DNA of 33,331 nucleotides from an uncultured bacterium (GCA_965372715.1 CBDVDH010000005.1:62001-95331); one strand, 5' to 3'; numbered from the stretch's first letter, positions 17,882-26,832 are shown. Notes: generated from the sequence alone by a model not told the origin. Translations and numbers: made by a program.

Positions 17882-18991
17882 CCTTCGAGTTTCAGCAGCC
17901 CTATGCCGCTGACCACCATGCTCAGTCAAACAAAGGAGGCGCCTCAAGCCATTGAGATGACTGTAAGGTATCTTGCCGTCATGCTGAAGCCTACCCACGA
18001 CGATTCCGGGGGCCACGTTGATGATCGTGGCGAAGTCAACGACGGCTTGCTTACTATAACGCTCCCGGCTTCTCGTGAATCGCTCGTACTCGCGCCTTGG
18101 GATGAGAAAATCCAAGGCGAACCTGTCAGCCTCGAGCTCAGCCGGATTCAGCGACACTCGCGATTCGCCTTCCCGTCTGTCGTCGATTGTCGTCTTGACT
18201 TCGCTACGGTGAAGAAGAACGTGTGCAGACTCGTGAAAGAAGCTGAACCAGAAGTGATCATCTCTTTTATGGCGAAGACTGAGCATGATTAGTGGCCTGT
18301 CTGAGGCCAGCCAACGGGCAGCACCGGAAAGGTGGGTCTTTGGCAACTCGGATACGAGGACCAATGCCAATCCGGACCTGCGGCACAGTTCGCGCATTCG
18401 AGGCACAAAAACCTCAGGGGCCTCGACCGTTAACTTCTTTATGTCCTGGAGGCATTCCCTGAACCTGTCGGGGATGTAGGGGCTCGTTGAAATGTGTTCG
18501 GCCTCCATCTCGCCTATCCTCAGCCACGCGGTCAGGGACTCAAAAGAGCTCTCGAACGCCGGAGATTTGGCCCAGTGCACGGCGGCGCTGCTAAACCCGT
18601 CCTCCCATTCCTCGACACTGCCAAGACTAAAGAAGCCAAGCAGTGCATCAGCCCTTTCGGCTGACATTTGGCGCTTAGGAAGGTAACCTCTCTTGACCAA
18701 AGCGGCCAGAGGAAACCTCCTTGACCAAGCCTCCTTGTGTGTTCGGTATCTGGTGTCAAGTCGATTCCAGACGTCCGCAGGGATTCCCAACTCCCGTTCA
18801 AACTTGGCCGCAATGTAGGGGGGCACTGATGCGTGATGTTCAATGATTTGATCGATGTCGTGTTCGGACAATTCGCAACGCCGAGCCAGCTCAGCACGGC
18901 TAATCCCCCGGGAAACAACGACATCGTCTAGTATCTCACCCGGATGTATCACATAATCGAATTCAAAGCGTTCAGAAGCCGTCCTGCTCAT
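17867..18991 (-). CDS. HigA-type HTH antitoxin fused to an ImmA/IrrE (M78) metallopeptidase
   Basis: N-terminal IHPGEIL followed by an HTH; DHFWFSFFHESAH (HExxH) and ELEADRFA. Confidence 0.88.
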   Translation of the reverse strand: MSRTASERFEFDYVIHPGEILDDVVVSRGISRAELARRCELSEHDIDQIIEHHASVPPYIAAKFERELGIPADVWNRLDTRYRTHKEAWSRRFPLAALVKRGYLPKRQMSAERADALLGFFSLGSVEEWEDGFSSAAVHWAKSPAFESSFESLTAWLRIGEMEAEHISTSPYIPDRFRECLQDIKKLTVEAPEVFVPRMRELCRRSGLALVLVSELPKTHLSGAARWLASDRPLIMLSLRHKRDDHFWFSFFHESAHVLLHRSEVKTTIDDRREGESRVSLNPAELEADRFALDFLIPRREYERFTRSRERYSKQAVVDFATIINVAPGIVVGRLQHDGKIPYSHLNGLRRLLCLTEHGGQRHRAAETRRLSTA

Positions 18992-19344
18992 TAGTGATAA
19001 TCCACCACATCAAGGATGTTGATGGCCGTAATCCGGCCCAGGTCCAATTCGTTTCGTCCAGCCTTTCTTGGCAAAGGGTCATGACTCGGCTCGAACAGCA
19101 AACGCCACTGTCCTTTCAAATCAACAGCGAATTTGCCTTCATGCTCAGCGCTAAGCATATGTCTCCTGAACGGTTTCTCATGCGGCACTTGCGCCAACGA
19201 GGCGGCGTCTCTTAAGTACGCCACAACTCGCATAATCTGCCTGGCATTCTCCTTGCCGTATTTTTTATAAAGCTCTCTCTTCAGTTCGGGACCCTTCAGC
19301 GCAAAGATCTTTTTAAGTTTCCGGTGTTTGAATGTTATCTCCAC
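18991..19344 (-). CDS. HigB/RelE-like toxin (plasmid killer-system type)
   Basis: MEITFKHRKLKK, H.L.....GKFAVDLKGQWRLLF, C-terminal DVVDYH; toxin-first gene order. Confidence 0.85.
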   Translation of the reverse strand: MEITFKHRKLKKIFALKGPELKRELYKKYGKENARQIMRVVAYLRDAASLAQVPHEKPFRRHMLSAEHEGKFAVDLKGQWRLLFEPSHDPLPRKAGRNELDLGRITAINILDVVDYH

Positions 19345-19468
19345 GTCTTACTTCCAGCCCAAACATACGGGCCGTTCAAGCCAATTTCAAGCAGGAATCA
19401 TATTGCGACATCCATTGGCTACCATTCACGCGATCGCTCCGACGAACGCTGTCATCATCGGCAGGAGC

Positions 19469-19693
19469 CTACTGGCTTGTCCTGTCACGAGCTGGGTTCG
19501 GGAAATCCCGCAGAAACTCCTCCAGCTTGCGGAACTTTAGGGGCCGTCTTCTCATCTCCTGGAGCATCTTCAAATCCTCAGCGTCCTCGAGGCGCTCCAG
19601 CATTTCCTGGTATTCGTCGATGTCCAGAATGACCGCCGCCGGCTTGCCATTCCGCAGAATTACGTCAGGCTCTCTTTTCTCTGAGTCATTCAT
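19469..19693 (-). CDS. Phd/YefM-family antitoxin (no adjacent cognate toxin visible)
   Basis: VILRNGKPAAVILDIDEYQEMLERLED; ATG 19693. Confidence 0.8.
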   Translation of the reverse strand: MNDSEKREPDVILRNGKPAAVILDIDEYQEMLERLEDAEDLKMLQEMRRRPLKFRKLEEFLRDFPNPARDRTSQ

Positions 19694-20060
19694 TATTGCT
19701 TCACTTTTGGAGTTTAGTTGCGCCGCCACATAACCATAAATGAACACCAATTAACATCAATGTTCAAGGGATCACCTGATTTGAGGACTTTTTGGTCGGA
19801 AGTTGGAGGCGAGCTCGGCACGTGCGAGCCGACCAGCGCATTCGCCAGCAAGACAAGTATCGGGAGCGGTGGCTCGCCGCTTCGTGGTTTCAACCTACCC
19901 TATACCCAGCCGCGCAGCTTCATCGCCTCGACGACGCGTCCCTGGAATCGGCACGCCAATCTGTTTGACGGATAACGCTTGAACAGCTGACGGAGAATGT
20001 ATATACAGAATAATCCGTCAAATCGAACTGCGGAACGCTGACTGATTAGAGGAGCGAAGA

Positions 20061-20444
20061 ATGACCAAACTGACAGTTGACGACCTGAAGAGGATAAGGG
20101 GCGAGGCCAAGCGGACTGTCCTTCTGAGAGAAGGGACGGGAAGAGCCAAAGTAACTGTCCACATGGGCACTTGTGGGATCGCCGCTGGTGCAAGAGAAAT
20201 AATGGACGGGCTGTTGCGCCTCATCGAAGAACACAACGTAGATGATGTCATGGTTACTTCCTCAGGTTGCGCTGGCATGTGCAGCAAGGAACCGATGATG
20301 ACAGTGGAATACCGATACAGCGCGCCGGTCAAGTATGGCGAGCTTGACCCTCAGAAACTGAACAAGATATTTGAGCAACACGTCTTGAACGGTAAGCCCG
20401 TGTCGGAATACGCGCTTTCGATAGGCTCTGAGATGTTGGGCTGA
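20061..20444 (+). CDS. HndB/HydD-like thioredoxin-fold [2Fe-2S] ferredoxin
   Basis: VTVHMGTCGIAAGAR, SGCAGMCSKEPM; SD gaggag upstream. Confidence 0.9.
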   Translation: MTKLTVDDLKRIRGEAKRTVLLREGTGRAKVTVHMGTCGIAAGAREIMDGLLRLIEEHNVDDVMVTSSGCAGMCSKEPMMTVEYRYSAPVKYGELDPQKLNKIFEQHVLNGKPVSEYALSIGSEMLG

Positions 20445-20502
20445 TGCGCAGAGTCGGGATGCGATTCAACGCAAGAACCATGCTAGAAAGAGGAAAGGAA
20501 CA

Positions 20503-22296
20503 TTGAAAGCTCAAAGAACACATATCCTCGTATGTACGGGGACTGGCTGCGTTTCGGCCGGCGCCTTCGATATCATGGAGGCTTTCAAGAAGGAGATCAC
20601 AAAGCACGGCCTTCAGGACGAGATTGATGTTGTCCCGACAGGCTGCAACGGATTCTGCGAGAATGGGCCTCTTGCGCTTTTCGAGCCAGAGGGCGTTTTC
20701 TACCGGCAGCTGAGGGTTGAGGACATCCCGTTTCTCGTTGAGGAACATTGCCTGAAGGGGCGACCGGTACCCAATCTGATGTATGTTCCGCCAAAGGAGA
20801 AGTCGCCGATACCCGCCATGAAAGACATCGAGTTCTTCAAGCACCAGAAGCTTGTTGCCTTGCGGAATAGAGGGAGGATCGATCCTGAGAAGATCGAGGA
20901 CTACATCGCGTTCGATGGGTATATGGGTCTCGCCAAGGCGCTCACGGAGATGACTCCTGAGCAGATACTCGAGAATATCGAGATTTCTGGCCTCAGAGGC
21001 CGCGGCGGCGCTGGTTTCCCGACCGGCAGGAAATGGCAGATTTGCCGGGACCAGCCTCGCACGCCCAAATACCTCATCTGTAACGCTGACGAGGGCGACC
21101 CTGGCGCGTTCATGGACAGAAGTGTGCTTGAGGCGGACCCCCACGCGATAATCGAAGGGATGACGATAGGCGCCAAGGCGATTGGCGCCGAAAAGGGCTT
21201 CATCTACGTCAGGACGGAGTACCCTCTCGCCGTTGAACGGATGAAGATAGCGATCGGTCAGGCCGAGGAGGCGGGGCTTTTGGGAGACGATATCCTCGGT
21301 TCCGGGTTCAAGTTCAACCTGTCCATTGTCAGAGGCGCCGGGGCATTCGTCTGCGGCGAGGAATCGGCCTTAATCCGCTCCATCGAGGGAAAGGTTGGAA
21401 GGCCCAGGCAGCGTCCCCCCTTCCCAGCGCAGAAGGGGCTCTGGGGCAAGCCAACCAACATCAACAACGTCGAGACTTGGGTGAACGTCCCGCAAATCAT
21501 CGTCAAGGGCGGTGAGTGGTTCTCCAGGATTGGGACCCAGACTAGCAAGGGAACCAAGATATTCTCGCTGGTCGGCAAGATCAATAACACCGGTCTGGTT
21601 GAGGTCCCGATGGGGATTAAGCTCAGAGACATCGTTTTCGGCATTGGGGGCGGCATACTGAACGACAAGAACTTCAAGGCCGTTCAGACCGGTGGCCCGT
21701 CCGGTGGATGCCTGCCTGAAGGACTGCTTGACCTGCCGATTGACTACGAGAGTCTCCAGAACGTTGGCTCCATGATGGGTTCCGGTGGACTCATTGTGAT
21801 GGACGAGAATACCTGCATGGTCGATGTTGCCCGTTACTTCACGAACTTTCTTGCCGACGAATCATGCGGTAAGTGCTTCACGTGCAGGAAGGGCCTGGAA
21901 CGTATGCTCGAGATACTGACCAATATATGTGATGGCAACGGCAAGGAAGGGGACGTGGAGCTCCTTACCGAGTTGGCCCTGATGGTCAAGGAGACGTCGA
22001 TGTGTCAACTTGGTCAGACGGCCGCAAACCCGACGCTCTCGACAATCCGTTACTTCATGGATGAATACGAGGCGCACATCAAGGAGAAGAAATGCCCGGC
22101 GGGCTTCTGCAAGGAGCTTATCACATATAGTGTCCTTGAAGACAAGTGCATCGGCTGCGGCGCGTGCAAGCGAGTCTGCCCAACAGACGCCATCTCAGGC
22201 GAGAAGAAGCAGGTTCACAAGATCGACACCGAAACGTGTATCAAATGCGGCGCCTGTGTTGAGGCCTGCAAATTCGACGCAATCAACGTTGTCTAG
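20503..22296 (+). CDS. NuoF/HydB/HndC-like subunit with C-terminal 2x[4Fe-4S] (bifurcating-type architecture)
   Basis: Motifs CTGTGC..GCNGFC, NADEGDPGAFMDR, GGPSGG, ESCGKCFTCRKG, HIKEKKCPAGFC, CIGCGACKRVCP and CIKCGACVEAC. Confidence 0.93.
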   Translation: MKAQRTHILVCTGTGCVSAGAFDIMEAFKKEITKHGLQDEIDVVPTGCNGFCENGPLALFEPEGVFYRQLRVEDIPFLVEEHCLKGRPVPNLMYVPPKEKSPIPAMKDIEFFKHQKLVALRNRGRIDPEKIEDYIAFDGYMGLAKALTEMTPEQILENIEISGLRGRGGAGFPTGRKWQICRDQPRTPKYLICNADEGDPGAFMDRSVLEADPHAIIEGMTIGAKAIGAEKGFIYVRTEYPLAVERMKIAIGQAEEAGLLGDDILGSGFKFNLSIVRGAGAFVCGEESALIRSIEGKVGRPRQRPPFPAQKGLWGKPTNINNVETWVNVPQIIVKGGEWFSRIGTQTSKGTKIFSLVGKINNTGLVEVPMGIKLRDIVFGIGGGILNDKNFKAVQTGGPSGGCLPEGLLDLPIDYESLQNVGSMMGSGGLIVMDENTCMVDVARYFTNFLADESCGKCFTCRKGLERMLEILTNICDGNGKEGDVELLTELALMVKETSMCQLGQTAANPTLSTIRYFMDEYEAHIKEKKCPAGFCKELITYSVLEDKCIGCGACKRVCPTDAISGEKKQVHKIDTETCIKCGACVEACKFDAINVV

Positions 22297-22332
22297 TGTG
22301 GCTCTTATAATTGGCTTCAAGGAGAAGATATA

Positions 22333-23037
22333 ATGCCCAAATTGACAATTGATGGACTTGAAGTAGAGGTAGAAGAGGGAACTACCCTGCTCGAGGCGAT
22401 CAGGTTCCTTGGCATCGAGGTCCCGACGCTATGTCATAATGACGGCCTGACCCCGTTAGGCGCTTGCCGGCTTTGCATCGTGGAGATCGGCAAGCCGCCG
22501 CGATCGCAGATCGTGAGCTCATGCACATACCCGGCTCTTGATGGTCTGGTAGTTCGCGCAAATTCTGAGAGGGTCGTGAACCATAGAAAGCTGATTATCG
22601 AGCTGATGCTCGCGACCGTGCCAAGCTCCAAGACGATCCAGGACCTCGCCTCAAAGTTCGGCGTAACGCAGTGCAGATTCGAGCCTGAAAACAAGGAGTG
22701 TATCCACTGCGGGCTCTGTGTGAGGATGTGTAACGAGCAGATGATGTCGGGAGCGATAGACTTCGCGCAGAGAGGTAAGGATATGATCATCACGACGCCG
22801 TTCGACAAGACGTCGGAGGTCTGCCGTCTCTGCGGGGGGTGCATGTATATCTGTCCGTGCTGCGAGCTGCGTTGTCAGGGCCCGGATGCCGAGACAACCG
22901 TTTGCAGCGGATGTCTGAATCTTGAACCTCCATGTCTGGATACCTACGACGATAAGATGTGTTTCCTCGATCCCTGTGCCGCTTGCGAGCTGACGGGACC
23001 TTTCAGAACAGATAAGCAAAAGAAGCGTGAAGCCTAA
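22333..23037 (+). CDS. Small HydA/NuoG N-terminal-like Fe-S protein with a Cys-rich C-terminal extension
   Basis: VPTLC...GACRLC...SSC, CIHCGLCVRMC and CRLCGGCMYICP, then nine further Cys. 234 aa, no catalytic domain. Confidence 0.85.
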   Translation: MPKLTIDGLEVEVEEGTTLLEAIRFLGIEVPTLCHNDGLTPLGACRLCIVEIGKPPRSQIVSSCTYPALDGLVVRANSERVVNHRKLIIELMLATVPSSKTIQDLASKFGVTQCRFEPENKECIHCGLCVRMCNEQMMSGAIDFAQRGKDMIITTPFDKTSEVCRLCGGCMYICPCCELRCQGPDAETTVCSGCLNLEPPCLDTYDDKMCFLDPCAACELTGPFRTDKQKKREA

Positions 23038-23104
23038 GGGTTTCAAACGAAGTCAATAATCAAAAAACAAGTTTGTCTCTGCTAGAAATCCTCAGGAGGA
23101 GCAA

Positions 23105-24715
23105 ATGACCCTAACCAGACTGAATGCCACTGCGGCGACCCTCACTAAGAACAGAACAGAGGGTTCCGTCTGTCCTATTAGCGGGATGTGCGCAACCTGC
23201 ATCGATGGCTGCGTAGGAATGTGCGAGATCGGCAAGTCCGCCTATCGAGGGCACGAGGTGATCTATCCCCAGCCGTTCGGTATCATCACAACGGCCGCTG
23301 AGAAGGATTATCCCGTCGATTATTCCTACCTTAACATCATGGGCACTGCCGTTGGCGCTGTTGGGATAGAGACCGACAAGGGCAAGGAGCACGACCTCGA
23401 CCACCTTAGCGACAGGGCTATCTTCCCGAAGGTCTCGCTGGAGACGCAGGTCGGCAAGAAGAACCCACTCAAGCTCAAGCTGCCGTTCGTCATCCCGGGC
23501 CTCGGTTCCACAAACATCGCAAAAAACAACTGGGAAGGCATCGCTATCGGCTCCGCGCTGGCTGGCACGATCATCACTATCGGTGAGAACGTTGTCGGCA
23601 TGGACGTCGAGTCGAAGATACACAAGGGCCAGGTTATGAAGGCTCCAGACCTGGAGTGGAGGATCAAGACGTTCTTTGACTGGCAGAAGGATGGCTATGG
23701 CGACATCGTCCTTCAGGGCAACGTCGAGGACACAAGACTCGGCGTGCAGGAGTTCGCCCTCAAGGAGTGCGGCATCCAGACCGTCGAGATCAAGTGGGGA
23801 CAGGGCGCAAAGGACATCGGCGGCGAGGTCAAGATCAAGAGCCTCGAGAAGGCGCAGCTGCTCTACAAGCGCGGCTACGTCGTCCTGCCCAACCCAACCA
23901 ACCCAGTCGTGATCGAGGCGTTCAAGCGCGGCTCGTTCCGCGAGTTCGAGCGACATTCGCGCCTCGGCATGGTTACGAAGGATGGCTTCCTGAAGAGAGC
24001 CGAGGAGCTCAGAAAGGCCGGCGCGAAGCGCGTCTTCCTGAAGACCGGCGCCTATCGTCCCGCGGACCTGGCAAGGGCGGTCAAGTTCGCCTCGTTGGCA
24101 GAAATCGACGTTCTCACCATCGATGGCGCTGGCGGCGGCACCGGCATGAGCCCATGGCGCATGATGAACGAGTGGGGCATCCCATCGCTGGAGATTCACT
24201 CCCTCACACACGAATACTGCGAGAGATTGGCCAAAAAGGGTGAATACGTACCAGATCTAGCGCTCGCCGGTGGCTTCACGTTTGAGGACCAGATATTCAA
24301 GGCGCTCGCTCTCTGCGCGCCTTACAGCAAGTTGGTCGGCATGGCCCGTTCGCCGCTCGCGGCCGCCATGGTTGGAAAGACCATCGGCAAAAGGCTTGAC
24401 CAGAGCGACTTGCCGGTATTCATCGAGCGCTTCGGCATGACTAAGGACGAGATATTCATAACGGCGCCCGAGCTGAGAGAGGAATGGGGCGACAAGTTCG
24501 ACGATATCCCTACCGGCGCCATCGGCGTTTACACCTACTACGAGAGATTGGCTCAGGGAATGAGGCAGCTGATGTGCGGCGCGAGGAAGTTCACTCTGGA
24601 GCATGTGAACCGCGACGACCTCGGAAGCCTGACCAGGGACTGCGAGGCCATCACCGGCATCCCATACATCATGGACCTCGACAGGGAAGAGGTCGATAAG
24701 ATCCTCGACGCCTAA
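23105..24715 (+). CDS. Stand-alone FMN-binding glutamate synthase family protein
   Basis: Motifs EIKWGQGAKDIGGE, LKTG, TIDGAGGGTGMSP and LAGG; N-terminal CPISGMCATCIDGCVGMC; strong SD aggagg. Confidence 0.88.
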   Translation: MTLTRLNATAATLTKNRTEGSVCPISGMCATCIDGCVGMCEIGKSAYRGHEVIYPQPFGIITTAAEKDYPVDYSYLNIMGTAVGAVGIETDKGKEHDLDHLSDRAIFPKVSLETQVGKKNPLKLKLPFVIPGLGSTNIAKNNWEGIAIGSALAGTIITIGENVVGMDVESKIHKGQVMKAPDLEWRIKTFFDWQKDGYGDIVLQGNVEDTRLGVQEFALKECGIQTVEIKWGQGAKDIGGEVKIKSLEKAQLLYKRGYVVLPNPTNPVVIEAFKRGSFREFERHSRLGMVTKDGFLKRAEELRKAGAKRVFLKTGAYRPADLARAVKFASLAEIDVLTIDGAGGGTGMSPWRMMNEWGIPSLEIHSLTHEYCERLAKKGEYVPDLALAGGFTFEDQIFKALALCAPYSKLVGMARSPLAAAMVGKTIGKRLDQSDLPVFIERFGMTKDEIFITAPELREEWGDKFDDIPTGAIGVYTYYERLAQGMRQLMCGARKFTLEHVNRDDLGSLTRDCEAITGIPYIMDLDREEVDKILDA

Positions 24716-24743
24716 ACACAGCGTCTATCAAACAGCAGAATCG

Positions 24744-24779
24744 AAGCGCCTCGTGCCCCAGTGGTGTGAGGCGCTTTTT
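24744..24779 (+). terminator. Rho-independent terminator
   Basis: Stem aagcgcctcgtgcc / ggtgtgaggcgctt (with G-U pairs) followed by a T run, 29 bp after the stop. Confidence 0.75.
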
Positions 24780-24805
24780 GCTTACGGTCTAGACTCGTCT
24801 GTTTT

Positions 24806-25231
24806 TCAGGGCAGTCCAGCGGTCAAATAGCTCTCAAGCGACTCGAGAACTGCCTGAGCTACGGTATCGGCAAGCCCAAGCAAGCGAGAAGCATCTTGCT
24901 TGCTTGCAGGGACACAGTCTCCAGGATAGCGAAACTCGACGCCGTAAGGCGTCAACTCGGTGGCATCCCCCAGCAACTTGCTGAGTCGAGCGTCAACGGA
25001 TTCCAGGAACCCAAGCAGTTGCCTTATGTCGTGTGTCTTGGGGAACTCCACCTGGTGCCGAACCAGCAAGCCCTTCAAATACTTCTCCGCAGCTTGCTGA
25101 GCGTGAAAGCCCACCACATCGAAATCACTCTCGAGCCGGTCAAGAAGAATACGCGCCGCATCAAGGTCCCTGCCTGCTTTGGCGAGCCACTGATGCACGA
25201 GGTCCCATATTACCCGTTCATGGCTTCTCAT
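24806..25231 (-). CDS. HEPN domain protein of an MNT-HEPN module
   Basis: Motifs WLAKAGRDL, FHAQQAAEKYLKG, KTHDI and LTPYGVEFRYPG. ATG 25231 overlaps the MNT end. Confidence 0.88.
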   Translation of the reverse strand: MRSHERVIWDLVHQWLAKAGRDLDAARILLDRLESDFDVVGFHAQQAAEKYLKGLLVRHQVEFPKTHDIRQLLGFLESVDARLSKLLGDATELTPYGVEFRYPGDCVPASKQDASRLLGLADTVAQAVLESLESYLTAGLP

Positions 25232-25565
25232 AGAGCACTCGTCCATATTTATTGGCTGGATAGGCAAGCCCACCGATCACGTCTTTTTCTTCCTCGAATT
25301 GCTCCTCACCCATCACCCATAAGTCAACCCACACCGGCAAATCGGGCGGCAACAGCGCCCTAAGACGTTTCTGCTCGCGCCGCTTATCCGGGACAATCTC
25401 CTCAATTACAAGAAGATCGATGTCGCTCTCAGTTCGCGCATTGCCAGCGGCTCGGGAACCATAGAGGATTATCTTCGAGACAGGCGCTAGCTCGGCAAGC
25501 GATAGCGCTACGTCGGCAATCCACTCTTCAGTAACAACATCAACCTGCATGGCTATCCCATTCAT
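25218..25565 (-). CDS. Minimal nucleotidyltransferase (MNT)
   Basis: LYGSRAAGNARTESDIDLLVI (GS-x10-DxD) and G.VLYE. Confidence 0.88.
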   Translation of the reverse strand: MNGIAMQVDVVTEEWIADVALSLAELAPVSKIILYGSRAAGNARTESDIDLLVIEEIVPDKRREQKRLRALLPPDLPVWVDLWVMGEEQFEEEKDVIGGLAYPANKYGRVLYEKP

Positions 25566-25659
25566 CGCAACTTATTCAAGAATCGAAACAATCAATACAT
25601 GCTATCGCGCTGACTCTACTCAATGCAATCCAATGCATGACCCAAAATATCCTGCGATA

Positions 25660-26715
25660 TCATTTCCCGGTATCTTGTGCGTGCCTCTTGAACTGTAGCC
25701 GACACTGAATGACACGAGCCTCTATCGTCCCGGATCTGATCTCCTCAAGGGACGCCGCGAGTCTGTTTGGCCATTCTATCGCGAATCCCGAGGACTGCCA
25801 CTTGAACAGAACTCGAGTTGTAAAGCCTAAAACCCATCGCGCTTCCTCGTTGGCAATCGTAAATGTTGAATTGGGCCTGCTCTGGGCGTGATAATGGCCC
25901 CCTATACTGAAGTGAATAATAGGTGTCAGACCGTCGAACTTCCTGGATTCAGCCAAATCAACACCCGAGGCGAGCAACGTGACCCATTTACATATTTCGT
26001 TGGTCCTATCCATTAGCTTGGCGAGAGGCCGTCCGATATCCCTATAATCTCGGAGCTCAGAAGACACCTCGAAAAACGGGTTTAACCTGTGGCCGGTTAT
26101 ATACCGCTCCACCTCGCTACGCACCACCTCGTACGTCAGTTTGCAGATCATGACCGAGCGTAGGCAATTTTCTGGCGACACATTGTCTCCAGCCAAGCAT
26201 TCGGCAGCAATATCCAACGCCTCCCTGATATCGTTGTTTTGAATCAAGCTCCTCGCACTCAACTCATCGTAATCGAGACCGAAATACTCATCGAGTACTC
26301 GCTCCAGAAACCTGTGCGAGAAGACTCTGCTTTCTTCTAAGACACTTTGTGCAGGCTCCTGGGCTGCATGTTGTACCAGATTCCTTTGTTCATTTAGAAT
26401 CCGCATCTCGCGACGAAGCGGCAGTTTCTTTTTTGCCTCTTTGAACTGCTCTAAATCATTGATTTCGTTCAGCAATCTCTCGAATTCAATGTTGAGTTCT
26501 CGCTCGGCCCTGATATCGAAGTGCAACATGATGCACTTGAGCGTGATCTCGACGGCGTTGTGGAAGTGGTGGATGGCGAGCATTTTGCCAAGCGGGTCGG
26601 GCTTTTCGCTGTGTTCGCGGCCATGCTCGTACATCATCTTGGCCAAAAGGAGCCTCTTCTTCACCAAAGCGTCTTTTTCTTGATCTTGGGTTGTTACATT
26701 TGCTTTGTCTGGCAT
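25660..26715 (-). CDS. Uncharacterised 351-aa protein with an N-terminal HEPN-like domain
   Basis: AVEITLK (ExxxK-type helix) and RNLVQH (R-x4-H). Confidence 0.6.
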   Translation of the reverse strand: MPDKANVTTQDQEKDALVKKRLLLAKMMYEHGREHSEKPDPLGKMLAIHHFHNAVEITLKCIMLHFDIRAERELNIEFERLLNEINDLEQFKEAKKKLPLRREMRILNEQRNLVQHAAQEPAQSVLEESRVFSHRFLERVLDEYFGLDYDELSARSLIQNNDIREALDIAAECLAGDNVSPENCLRSVMICKLTYEVVRSEVERYITGHRLNPFFEVSSELRDYRDIGRPLAKLMDRTNEICKWVTLLASGVDLAESRKFDGLTPIIHFSIGGHYHAQSRPNSTFTIANEEARWVLGFTTRVLFKWQSSGFAIEWPNRLAASLEEIRSGTIEARVIQCRLQFKRHAQDTGK

Positions 26716-26832
26716 TGCCTTGTCACCTCACTGGATTTTCTAATAATTTGCATTGCACATCTGAGATTATCTGCGGCGTGAGGCCCCATTTGTCAATGTC
26801 TTGTCCCCGTTGGAAATAGATATCTATTATGG

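Noticed and set aside
19944-19966. Sigma54 promoter (CGGCACG...) upstream of hndB
   Set aside because: The required GG-N10-GC spacing is not met.
23111-24211. 366-aa antisense ORF
   Set aside because: Shadow of the codon-biased GltS-like gene; no recognisable motifs.
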